NCBI GenBank assembly: GCA_041659905.1
Contig: JBAZXK010000003.1
Location: 1-60,094, forward strand
Reading direction: 5' to 3'
Source: Patescibacteria group bacterium
GTDB lineage: Bacteria; Patescibacteriota; Kazan-3B-28; UBA10110
Length of the DNA stretch: 60,094 bases
Program-made: the position numbers and the translations under genes
Notes under the pieces: generated by a model
Database searches by the model: none
What the model was told of the DNA's origin: nothing
What the model saw: the letters and a program-made list of their open reading frames with translations, nothing else
Shown: piece after piece, positions 44,904 to 53,896 of the stretch
Layout: each line of letters starts with the position of its first letter
How positions within the stretch are numbered: the first letter of the stretch is position 1

Positions 44904-46121
44904 TTAATGGATTAATTGTGCCACCAGCTGACCCAGCGTCTGTTGGATAAACAGAGCCGCAGTAGTCATGCCGTTTTGTACACTGGTAATTAGCTTGCTC
45001 AGTAAGCCTGGATCGGCAGAAGCAGTGGGGGATGCTGCTGCCGGAGCAGTGATAGAAGCAGCCGGCGCGGTTTGAGTGGTGGTAGCCGGATTCAAATTAG
45101 CAGCCGAAGAAGGTTTTAAATTAAATAGCTCAGTGAAGAAACCGGCGATAGTATTGGTTTGATTTTCTTCAGTAGTGGTTGTATTAGTTGCTTCTGTAGT
45201 GGGAGCCGCACTCTGAGTGCGAGGCGTCGTTATATCAATAATTGGCACTTCCTCGGCAGCTCTAATTAACACCGAGGTAGCCGCGATTAGTTCAGTGCCA
45301 TTGACTTGGACGGTGATAGTGACGGAACCGGGTAGTTTGGGAATAACCAATCCATTCGTGTCTACCGTGGCAACATTAGAGTCGCTCGTTGTCCATTTAA
45401 GCGACCCGCTAGTAGTAGAAATTTGTTTCCCGTCTTGATCGAGCACGATCACTAATGGCCGAAAAGTGGCCGGAGTGTATTTATTCAAAACTAATGTACT
45501 ATGAAACGGCAGAACGGCGATGCTGGCTGGTACGGCCGGGGGTTCGTTCTCGGCAGTTTCTTTTTCCAACTGCAAAGTTGAAATAGTGTAGATTTGGGCG
45601 CCGGCGGTAAATTTAATCAGGATGCTTCCATTGGTCACTTGAATAGTTTTAACTAAAGTGCGGATAGTTTTAAAAGTAAAACCGACCCCATTAATATTTA
45701 AAGTGCCGAAAGCTTTTACGTAAATATTATGGCTGCCATTGCTGACGCCTAAAATGGTGACTTCATTCTTTTCTAGAATCTGTAAATAATTACCGAAGTT
45801 CTTGATGCCGGTTTCTTTTGGCCAGATTTCGAAATCAGTCCGGGTAATTCCTTTAATATCAGAACCAAAATCGATTGTAGGTTGGCCGTGGAAAAGCACT
45901 TCACCGGCTGAGGGGGATACATCCGTAATGGTTTGCACAGTGGCTTCAGTCGCCTGTAGTTCGCTTCCTTCCGCAAGAGCTATCTCTTCCGGCAAACCGG
46001 CGGCCATTGATTGGCTAAACAGAAACGCTAAAACTACTCCCACTGAAATAATGGCTAGGAGTTCTTGCTCGATTAGATTGATAAATTGTTTGCCGAGACG
46101 GCTAATTTTTATTTGTTTCAT
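44904..46121 (-). CDS. surface protein with a bacterial Ig-like (Big_2) domain and a T/A/P-rich tail
   Basis: LKWTTSDSNVATVDTNGLVIPKLPGSVTITVQVNG is a Big_2 signature. An N-terminal signal or anchor is present. Confidence 0.7.
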   Translation of the reverse strand: MKQIKISRLGKQFINLIEQELLAIISVGVVLAFLFSQSMAAGLPEEIALAEGSELQATEATVQTITDVSPSAGEVLFHGQPTIDFGSDIKGITRTDFEIWPKETGIKNFGNYLQILEKNEVTILGVSNGSHNIYVKAFGTLNINGVGFTFKTIRTLVKTIQVTNGSILIKFTAGAQIYTISTLQLEKETAENEPPAVPASIAVLPFHSTLVLNKYTPATFRPLVIVLDQDGKQISTTSGSLKWTTSDSNVATVDTNGLVIPKLPGSVTITVQVNGTELIAATSVLIRAAEEVPIIDITTPRTQSAAPTTEATNTTTTEENQTNTIAGFFTELFNLKPSSAANLNPATTTQTAPAASITAPAAASPTASADPGLLSKLITSVQNGMTTAALFIQQTLGQLVAQLIH

Positions 46122-46225
46122 GTTTGTTTTTCTTTTTACCCAGAGTCCCCTGGGGGACCGGATGGTTTATCTGATTTCGCCAGCAATCGGACCCAACTTT
46201 TGTATTTAATTTTATTATACCACAA

Positions 46226-46798
46226 TTAAATTTTTTTGTCAACTGGAACCAAGTGGTGTTGGGATATAAGAGTATAGATAGGTCCATGAGGAGTGAGGGT
46301 GCTCGCCATTAAATCAATACTGGTTGCGGACATAATAGCAGGTAGGGTGATGACACCATTTAAAGATTGGAGTTTATTCAAAGTGACAACGTCGAGAGAT
46401 TTGACGCGAGCTAAAGTAATATGAGGCTGAAACGGTCTAGCGTCTAATGTGGGCACGATTTTAATCAAACTGTTTAGTAAGTCCGCTTGTATGTTTTTAA
46501 GGGAATCATTAACAACTCCCAGTCGGAGATGATGGGGCTGTTGCCATGACGGGAAAGCGCTAAGTTGAGTAAATTTGAGTTCCGCAGACGGGTGACGGTT
46601 GGCGACATTGTTAAGTATGATTTGAATTTCTGGAATTAAATCTTCTTCCGTATCACCCAAGAATTGCAAAGTTAAATGCAAATTGTCTACCCGAGTTTTA
46701 TTTAGAGCAGAAGAGTCGGGCAGTTTAGCCGCAATTTTAGCTATGGCCAATTTGGTGGCAGCATCTAAATGAATCGCAATAAAGAGTCGTTGGTTCAT
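46226..46798 (-). CDS. thpR: RNA 2',3'-cyclic phosphodiesterase (2H family, ThpR/LigT)
   Basis: Two HxT motifs: HLTLQFLG and HITLARV. Confidence 0.85.
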   Translation of the reverse strand: MNQRLFIAIHLDAATKLAIAKIAAKLPDSSALNKTRVDNLHLTLQFLGDTEEDLIPEIQIILNNVANRHPSAELKFTQLSAFPSWQQPHHLRLGVVNDSLKNIQADLLNSLIKIVPTLDARPFQPHITLARVKSLDVVTLNKLQSLNGVITLPAIMSATSIDLMASTLTPHGPIYTLISQHHLVPVDKKI

Positions 46799-46844
46799 GA
46801 TGTTATTTTACTCTCTTATTTATTCTGTATTTTTTCCTTCCCCC

Positions 46845-47184
46845 GTCATGCTGAACTTGTTTCAGCATCTCTTAGTAAATCCTTCCATTTAGGGTTAACA
46901 CTCTCAATCAAGTTGATTTTCCACTGACGATGCCATCTTTTCAGTTGCTTTTCTCTGGCAATAGCTTCTATTACCGAATCGAATTCTTCCAAATAAACTA
47001 GTCGCTTAAGCCGATATTTTTTGGTGAAGGATTTGATTTCGGATAAATAATGCTGATCTAATCGTTGAACAAGGGTACTGGTTACGCCAACATAAAGCAC
47101 ACCCCTTGGCTTATTGGTGAGGATATAAACATAACCTTTCTTCATAACCCCATTATAGAGATCCTGAAATAAATTCAGGATGAC
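46845..47184 (-). mobile_element. candidate compact mobile unit: a GIY-YIG gene bracketed by 27-nt hairpin-forming inverted repeats
   Basis: Left end gtcatgctgaacttgtttcagcatctc (46845-46871). Reverse complement of the right end (47158-47184): gtcatcctgaatttatttcaggatctc. They are 23 of 27 identical, and two of the mismatches are compensatory within each hairpin. Confidence 0.5.
46846..47145 (-). CDS. GIY-YIG nuclease family protein (UPF0213-like, 99 aa)
   Basis: KGYVYILTNKPRGVLYVGVTSTLVQRLDQH...LVYLEEF..AIAREKQLKRW. The ORF-track N-terminus (47146-47271) is a translated repeat, so the start is set at the ATG at 47145. Confidence 0.85.
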   Translation of the reverse strand: MKKGYVYILTNKPRGVLYVGVTSTLVQRLDQHYLSEIKSFTKKYRLKRLVYLEEFDSVIEAIAREKQLKRWHRQWKINLIESVNPKWKDLLRDAETSSA

Positions 47185-47263
47185 GAACAGCCGCACTACA
47201 CCAGTTTGGGATGACAGAAAAAGAGACAGCGGGTAGTATAAATATACTAAATATAATGCCAAA

Positions 47264-48349
47264 ATGGACAATCTCTATGCGGTGATTTTTGCGGGAGGAG
47301 TAGGGACGCGGTTGTGGCCAGTGAGCCGTCAAAATAGCCCCAAGCAACTCAAACCGTTTCTAGATAGCAACGATACGCTGGTCCAGAAAACGTGGGAAAG
47401 AGTGCGGAAGATTTTGCCACCAGAAAATATTTATATCAGCACAGTCAAAGGTTACGAAAATTTCTTAATCGAGCAACTACCCGAATTTCTACCAAATCAT
47501 TTAATAGTAGAGCCGGAACTTAGAAACACTTGTCCGGCGATTGGGTTGGCAACGGCAGTAGTGGCAAAAGAACATCCCGGCGCTTTCATGATGAATGTGT
47601 GGGCGGATCATTATTATGCCCAGGAAGATAAATGGGTCGAAGTCATCCAAAAATCTTTTAATTATCTAAAACAACATCCGGAACTGGTTGTAAGCGTGGG
47701 ATTGCCGATTATTTATCCGTATACAGGGTATGGCTATTTAGAAGTGCAGTCGGAGCCGATAATTGAAAATGTTTTTGCAGTGAAGCGATTTGTGGAAAAG
47801 CCTAGTCTGGAGCAGGCGCAAGAATTTATGCAAGCCGGCAATTATTATTGGAATCCGGCGCTGTGGCTGTGGCAAGGGGAAAAGATGTTATCTATCTACC
47901 GCCAGTTAGTGCCGGATATCTACCAAGGTCTGCAGACGATTCAGGCAGCTTGGGGGACACCGGATGAGTTAACTGTTTTGCAAAACACCTATCCCACCTT
48001 TACTAAAGTAGCGGTGGATTATGCTATTTTCGAAAAAGGTCCGCAGATGGTGCTGATCCCGGCTGATTTAGGCTGGAAGGATGTAGGGAGTTGGCAGTCG
48101 GTCCACGAAGTTTTAAACGGTAAACAGAAAACAGGAGTGGCGGTAAAGGGTAAGGCTTTAGTTGTAAACTGTCAGGATGTTTTGGTTTTTAATGAGGATA
48201 CCGATAAGCTAGTGACCGTAGTCGGCTTAGAAGATGTCGCTGTCGTAAATACCCCGGATGCTCTGCTGGTAGTCAGAAAGAGCCGGGATCAAGAGGTGAA
48301 GGGTTTGGTGGAGAGATTAGAAAAGGAGGAGATGACAGAGTATTTATGA
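47264..48349 (+). CDS. mannose-1-phosphate guanylyltransferase-like sugar nucleotidyltransferase
   Basis: AVIFAGGVGTRLWPVSR (GGxGTRLxPxS) and FVEKP. Confidence 0.8.
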   Translation: MDNLYAVIFAGGVGTRLWPVSRQNSPKQLKPFLDSNDTLVQKTWERVRKILPPENIYISTVKGYENFLIEQLPEFLPNHLIVEPELRNTCPAIGLATAVVAKEHPGAFMMNVWADHYYAQEDKWVEVIQKSFNYLKQHPELVVSVGLPIIYPYTGYGYLEVQSEPIIENVFAVKRFVEKPSLEQAQEFMQAGNYYWNPALWLWQGEKMLSIYRQLVPDIYQGLQTIQAAWGTPDELTVLQNTYPTFTKVAVDYAIFEKGPQMVLIPADLGWKDVGSWQSVHEVLNGKQKTGVAVKGKALVVNCQDVLVFNEDTDKLVTVVGLEDVAVVNTPDALLVVRKSRDQEVKGLVERLEKEEMTEYL

Positions 48350-48393
48350 TAGTATAAATTGGTAATATGATAAATAAAGCTTAATTTCTCCTT

Positions 48394-49710
48394 ATGGCAA
48401 AGAAAACAGGTCTGTTAGGGGCAGTTATCGTGGCAATTCTCCTGATGGCCTTAATTATCGATATTCCAGCTTTAGCTAAATTCGTCGGATTTAAAAATGG
48501 CTGGACGATTCATGAGGGCTTGGACTTGCAAGGCGGTACTCATCTGGTTTACCAGACGGATTTAAGCAAAGTTGCCGCTGGCGATGAAACCACTGCCGTT
48601 ATGGGAGTAGTGGATGTTATCCGACGCCGAATCGACGCTTTGGGTGTGTCTGAGCCGTTGATCCAAAAAACTAAAGATAATTCTCGGGTAATTGTGGAAT
48701 TGCCGGGTATTAAAGATGTTAACCAAGCTATTGGCCTGATCGGTCAAACTGCTCAATTGGAATTCCGCGAAGGGATAGTGGGGCAGAGTATCGACGCCAG
48801 CAACAAAGTGATTGCTTACGAATACGACAAATGGAAAGACATTGGATTGACGGGCGCTAATTTTGCCAGAGCCGAGGCCCAGATCGATCAAAGCAGCAGT
48901 TCGTTAGTGCAAAAACCGGTGGTGGCAATAGAGTTCGATAGTACCGGTGCTAAAATTTTTGCCGAGGCGACCAAGCGTAATCTCCAAAAACCCCTAGCTA
49001 TCTTTTTAGATAAACAGCTGCTCTCGGCTCCGACAGTTCAAGATGAGATCACGGATGGCCAAGCGATTATTAATGGTAGCTTTTCTCTGCAAGAGGCTAA
49101 AAGTTTAGCCATTCAGCTGAATGCCGGTGCCTTGCCCGTGCCAGTCAAATTAATTTCTCAAAACAATATTGGCGCCACCTTAGGGCAAGAAGCGGTGACG
49201 AAAAGCATTGTGGCGGGATTACTCGGACTGTTAATGGTATTGCTCTTCATGATCATCTTTTATCGTTTGCCGGGCATTTTAGCTTCACTGGCATTAATTA
49301 TTTATGCCATTATTTCTTTAGCTATCTTTATCTTCATTCCGGTAACGATGACCCTGGCTGGTATCGCCGGTTTTATTATCTCGGTCGGTATGGCGATCGA
49401 TGCCAATATTCTTATTTTTGAACGGATGAAAGAAGAAATCAGGGAAGGCCGCAGTATTTTAGCAGCAATTGATGCGGGATTCTATCGGGCCTGGACTTCT
49501 ATCCGCGATTCGAACATCTCTACTTTAATTACCTGTGTTATTTTGTATTACTTTGGTTCCGGGTTAATTAGGGGATTTGCTCTGACTTTGGGTATCGGCG
49601 TGTTTATCAGCATGTTTAGCGCCATTACCATCACGCATACCTTATTGCGCTTAGTCGCAGCGACTCCGCTCGTAAAAAATCTTAAACTTTGGGGAGCCAA
49701 ATCACTATGA
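48394..49710 (+). CDS. secD: protein translocase subunit SecD
   Basis: 438 aa. LGLDLQGG, QLEFR, and the C-terminal six-TM bundle. Confidence 0.9.
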   Translation: MAKKTGLLGAVIVAILLMALIIDIPALAKFVGFKNGWTIHEGLDLQGGTHLVYQTDLSKVAAGDETTAVMGVVDVIRRRIDALGVSEPLIQKTKDNSRVIVELPGIKDVNQAIGLIGQTAQLEFREGIVGQSIDASNKVIAYEYDKWKDIGLTGANFARAEAQIDQSSSSLVQKPVVAIEFDSTGAKIFAEATKRNLQKPLAIFLDKQLLSAPTVQDEITDGQAIINGSFSLQEAKSLAIQLNAGALPVPVKLISQNNIGATLGQEAVTKSIVAGLLGLLMVLLFMIIFYRLPGILASLALIIYAIISLAIFIFIPVTMTLAGIAGFIISVGMAIDANILIFERMKEEIREGRSILAAIDAGFYRAWTSIRDSNISTLITCVILYYFGSGLIRGFALTLGIGVFISMFSAITITHTLLRLVAATPLVKNLKLWGAKSL

Positions 49711-50600
49711 ATGTAGTTAAAACTTTTAAATTCTGGATCGGATTGTCTGTGGTACTGATCATAGTCGGCATTACCGCCATGTTTCTTTATGGATACAAAA
49801 CTGGCATCGATTTTGCCGGAGGCACTATTTTGGAATTGCAGATAGCTCAACCCAAAACTCCGGATACCGACACTAAAATGGTTATCACGGATGCCTACAA
49901 ATCTAAAGTGAACTTGGATGTGGCGCCTCAGGCAGAGGGCGGTGATCGCTACTTTGTGCGCAGTGCTCAAATTAACAATGATCAGAAAAATACCATTCTG
50001 GTGGCCGTGCAAGAAAAATTCAACCAGGTGAGCGAGCTCAGGTTCGAATCGGTCGATCCGACCATCGGTGCTGATGTGGTACGCAAAGCCGTGCTGGCGG
50101 TGATCTTGGCTATTTTTGGTATCTTACTGTACATCGCCTACGCTTTTCGCAGAGTGCCGGGGGAGGTAAGTGCTTGGCGGTTCGGCAGCGCTGCCGTCAT
50201 CGCTTTAGCGCATGATGTTTTGATTCTATTAGGCCTCTATGCTATTGTCGGTCATTTTTGGGGAGCGGAAGTAGACGGCATGTTTATTACGGCGGTTTTA
50301 ACTATGGTGGGATTTTCTGTCCACGACACGATCGTAACCTTCGATCGGGTAAGAGAAAATTTGCGGCGCCGGGCGGGTGAAGATCTCGTTGTGCTGCTAA
50401 ATGACAGTATTGTAGAAACCATTGTCCGGTCAATTAACACTTCCTTTACGCTGTTTTTAGTGCTGGTCGCAATGTTTTTCTTTGGCGGCCCCACTCTCAA
50501 ATTCTTTACGCTAGCGATGATTATCGGAGTAATCGTGGGAACTTATTCCTCGGTCTTTATTGCTTCGCCCCTGCTGTTACTCGGATATAAAAAACATTAA
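49707..50600 (+). CDS. secF: protein translocase subunit SecF
   Basis: ATGA start/stop overlap with secD. GIDFAGGT, HDVLILLG, and VHDTIVTFDRVREN. Confidence 0.9.
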   Translation: MNVVKTFKFWIGLSVVLIIVGITAMFLYGYKTGIDFAGGTILELQIAQPKTPDTDTKMVITDAYKSKVNLDVAPQAEGGDRYFVRSAQINNDQKNTILVAVQEKFNQVSELRFESVDPTIGADVVRKAVLAVILAIFGILLYIAYAFRRVPGEVSAWRFGSAAVIALAHDVLILLGLYAIVGHFWGAEVDGMFITAVLTMVGFSVHDTIVTFDRVRENLRRRAGEDLVVLLNDSIVETIVRSINTSFTLFLVLVAMFFFGGPTLKFFTLAMIIGVIVGTYSSVFIASPLLLLGYKKH

Positions 50601-50602
50601 TC

Positions 50603-51894
50603 ATGTCCAGCTCAAAAGTTATTCAAACTCCGCGGGGACTCAGAGATATTTTGCCCGAAGAGCAGAAGTATTGGTTTTGGTAGAGAAAAATTTTCAGGAT
50701 GTTTTTCATGCCGCCGGCTTTGAGCGGATTATTTTGCCAACCTTTGAAGCTACTGAACTATTTAAACGCAGCGTTGGCGAATTTACTGACATTGTGGATA
50801 AACAGATGTATACCTTCAAAGATCTGGGCGGCAATAGCGTCACGCTACGTCCCGAGGGTACTGCCGGAGCCGCTCGGGCTTACATTGAACATGGCATGCG
50901 GACCTTACCTCAACCGGTTAAATTGTATTATTGGGGGCCAATGTACCGTTACGAACGGCCTCAGGCGGGGAGATTTCGGGAATTCTACCAGTTTGGCTTG
51001 GAATTATTCGGCGACGATGACCCGGCGACCGATGCAGCCATGATCCAATCCATGATGCGGTACTATCAGAAAATTGGTCTCAAAGATTTAATAGTTAAAA
51101 TCAATAGCTTAGGAACTTCCAAGTGCAGAGCCAAATCAGTCGGAGCGTTAGAAAAATTTTTAACTCCCCACAAGAAAGATTTATGTGAAGATTGTAAAAT
51201 CCGCTTGAAGAAAAATACTTTACGCGTGTTAGATTGCAAGGTGGCTAAATGCAAGGGGATTGTAGCCGAAGCTGGCAATATTCTATTGGATAGCTTAGAC
51301 CAAGAATCAAAAAAACGATTTACTAAAGTTCTCGAATATCTAGATGATATGAAGGTAGAATACGAACTCGATTCTAATCTCGTGCGGGGCCTTGATTACT
51401 ACACCCACACGATTTTTGAAGTGGTTATAAAAGGAGAAGATACTTCTATCGGCGGCGGCGGTCGTTATGATGGCCTTATTAAACTTTTAGGCGGTCCTGA
51501 TACGCCGGCAATTGGTTATGCTGGCGGAGTGGAGCGGACTATTGATGCTCTAAAACAACAAACGATTATGGTTCCAGAAACAGCTAAAACCGATGTGTTT
51601 GTGGTGCAACTAGGGGATCGAGCCAAAGCCAAAGCTATCGAAATTATTACTAGCTTGGAACAGGCCGGTTTGAGAGTTTCCAGTTTGCTGGGGAAGGGGA
51701 ATATTCAGTCGCAGCTCGGGGCAGCTAGCCAACTTAATAGTCTTCTGGCAGTTATTATCGGCGATCAGGAAGTGCATGATAAAAATGTGATTTTGCGAGA
51801 TATGCAGGATCGGTCTCAGGAAACAGTGCTGGATCGGAATATTGTCAAAATGATCATCCAGAAGATAGAAGAAAAAACTGCCATTAAACTCTAG
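50603..51894 (+). CDS. hisS: histidine--tRNA ligase, interrupted by an apparent 1-nt frameshift in a T-run near 50675-50679
   Basis: Frame A (ATG 50603) reads MSSSKVIQTPRGLRDILPEEQKYWFW*, the canonical HisRS N-terminus. Frame B (the ORF-track frame) continues ...LVEKNFQDVFHAAGFERIILPTFE...RPEGTAG...FREFYQFG.... Confidence 0.85.
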
Positions 51895-51897
51895 GGT

Positions 51898-52215
51898 ATG
51901 GATCAAGAAAAATGGGGCGAGATTTTAGACCGAGTGCAGGCCCAATTTACTGTGTTAGAGGATACTAAAGCACCCGGTGAAGACGAGATCGGCGAAATAG
52001 AAACTTTAATTTTTACAGGACCGTTAGGAAAAATTAAATTGCTTTGGATCACCCGGCCGGTCGTGCTGGATAAAAAAATTATTGGCGCCCATCGGCGCGG
52101 AACCAGCAGCGCTCAGTATGAATATATTTATTCTCCTACTGAGATCACTCATAAGCTGGAAGCCTATCGGGAAGTAGACGGAGAATGGCAAACTTTTGAT
52201 AGTAGTGTTTTTTAA
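51898..52215 (+). CDS. hypothetical protein
   Basis: 105-aa ORF tightly packed between hisS and the HIT gene. Confidence 0.55.
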   Translation: MDQEKWGEILDRVQAQFTVLEDTKAPGEDEIGEIETLIFTGPLGKIKLLWITRPVVLDKKIIGAHRRGTSSAQYEYIYSPTEITHKLEAYREVDGEWQTFDSSVF

Positions 52216-52220
52216 TTAAG

Positions 52221-52634
52221 ATGAGCGAAGATCAAAATAATTGTGTGTTTTGTAAAGTAGCCCAGGGTGGGGCGATTACTCCCATCCGTTATGAAGACGA
52301 TGATATTATTGTGGTCGATAATTTGCATCCCGATGCGCCGATCCATATGGTCGTGATCACTAAAAGACATATTATCAGCCTGGCTCATTTGGAGGAATTA
52401 GACCGGGATTTAGCTGGCAAGATTTTATTGGTGTGCAAAAAAGTGGCAGCCGATATGCACATAGCGGAAAATGGCTATCGCGTAGTCACTAATATTGGCA
52501 AATGGGGTGGCCAAGCTATTCCCCATCTCCATTTCCATGTTTTGGGCGGCGTACCCCTATCAGAAAAAGTCGGGTTAGCTGTGGCGGAGGAAGAACCCCA
52601 TATTCAAGCAAAAACCATCGAAGAAGCTGTCTAA
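52221..52634 (+). CDS. HIT-family (histidine triad) nucleotide hydrolase
   Basis: CVFCKV and the HLHFHVLGG triad. Confidence 0.88.
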   Translation: MSEDQNNCVFCKVAQGGAITPIRYEDDDIIVVDNLHPDAPIHMVVITKRHIISLAHLEELDRDLAGKILLVCKKVAADMHIAENGYRVVTNIGKWGGQAIPHLHFHVLGGVPLSEKVGLAVAEEEPHIQAKTIEEAV

Positions 52635-52713
52635 GATGCAACAGCTCAACCGGTTGAGCCGTTGCCCGACAGACTCCCTTGACTAGACCTGGTTTACAGG
52701 CTATCATTTGCTT

Positions 52714-52917
52714 ATGTCTAGCTACGTCAAACGTAAAGAAAAAGAGAGTTTCGAGGCCATGATGCGCCGGTTTAACCGGATGGTGTTGCTATCCAAGTCT
52801 TTAACAGAAGCCAAAGAACGGCGGTTTCGGGCGAAACCGGTAACCAAGGGTCAACGGCGAGCCAGCGCAGTGCGCAAGGATAAGATTCGCACGCAAAAGA
52901 AGAAAGAGCTTTATTAA
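52714..52917 (+). CDS. rpsU: 30S ribosomal protein S21
   Basis: ESFEAMMRRFNRMV...ERRFRAKP..KGQRR. The ATG at 52714 is preferred. A ttgact-17-tatcat promoter-like element lies upstream. Confidence 0.8.
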   Translation: MSSYVKRKEKESFEAMMRRFNRMVLLSKSLTEAKERRFRAKPVTKGQRRASAVRKDKIRTQKKKELY

Positions 52918-52920
52918 TTT

Positions 52921-53361
52921 ATGGATATTAAAGCTACGGTCCAGGCCGAATTAGTTGTGGCCATGAAGAATAAGGATGATTTGAAGCTGCAAACCTTACG
53001 GCTGCTTTCTAATGCGATTCATAACCAGGAAATAGCTAAAGGCGGCGAGTTAAGTGAAGCCGATCTGCAAACAGTCGTTAAACACGAAGTTAAAAAACGC
53101 AAAGAAGCTGTCGAAAGCTACACGGCGGGAGGGAGGCCGGAACAAGCCGCCAAAGAAGCCGCCGAAATGAAAATATTAGAGATTTATTTGCCGGCGGCAA
53201 TGTCCGAAGCGGAGGTCGTTAAAATAGTTGAAGCAGAGCTAGCGGCTCAGCCCGGGGCAGCAGTGGGCCAGATTATCGGCGCCGTGATGAAAAAAGCCGG
53301 TGGCCAGGCCGACGGCAATTTAGTGGCAAAATTAGTTAATAGTAAGTTGGCTAATCGGTAA
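52921..53361 (+). CDS. GatB/YqeY domain protein
   Basis: LVVAMKNKDDLKLQTLRLL..AI......KHEVKKRKEAVESY fits the YqeY pattern. Confidence 0.8.
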   Translation: MDIKATVQAELVVAMKNKDDLKLQTLRLLSNAIHNQEIAKGGELSEADLQTVVKHEVKKRKEAVESYTAGGRPEQAAKEAAEMKILEIYLPAAMSEAEVVKIVEAELAAQPGAAVGQIIGAVMKKAGGQADGNLVAKLVNSKLANR

Positions 53362-53364
53362 TCA

Positions 53365-53814
53365 ATGTCGCAGGTTTTTATTGGCTATGACGGGTATGGC
53401 ATTGAAGGGGTGGACGATGAGTTCATCCGTTTTATTTTTGACGTGGTGTTGGGTTCAGCTAATAAAAGTCTGGATAGCGAAGCGGGTTTGATTTTGGCCA
53501 ACGACGATAAAATGAAATCATTAAATCAGCGCTATCGGGGAAAGGATAAATCAACTAATGTTTTATCTTTCGAAAATAAAGACATAGTCGGCGTGACGCA
53601 AGCCCAGTCAGACAAAAATTATTTAGGAGATGTGTATATTAGCTGCGAGACATTAGCACAGGAAGCCAAAGGTTTGCGAATTTCTGACAAAGAGCGCTTT
53701 GCTCAATTATTTGTCCACGGATTACTCCATTTATTGGGGTTTGATCATGAACAATCAGCGGATGCTAAAGAGATGGAAAGTCTAGAAGACCGCATTGTCC
53801 AGCTGGTGCTGTAA
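53365..53814 (+). CDS. ybeY: rRNA maturation endoribonuclease YbeY
   Basis: TNVLSF and HGLLHLLGFDH zinc motif. Confidence 0.9.
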   Translation: MSQVFIGYDGYGIEGVDDEFIRFIFDVVLGSANKSLDSEAGLILANDDKMKSLNQRYRGKDKSTNVLSFENKDIVGVTQAQSDKNYLGDVYISCETLAQEAKGLRISDKERFAQLFVHGLLHLLGFDHEQSADAKEMESLEDRIVQLVL

Positions 53815-53896
53815 CATAGGGGATGATTGGCTAAGCGGGACATCTCGCATATAATAGATAAGAACGTCAACTTTTTAAGGAATAAATAAGCTCTGC

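Noticed and set aside
50560-50602. The ORF-track start of hisS at 50560 (MLRPCCYSDIKNINHVQLKSY...).
   Set aside because: This N-terminus overlaps secF and is not HisRS-like. The genuine N-terminal motif (PRGLRDILPEE) is encoded in another frame from 50603, which indicates a frameshift.
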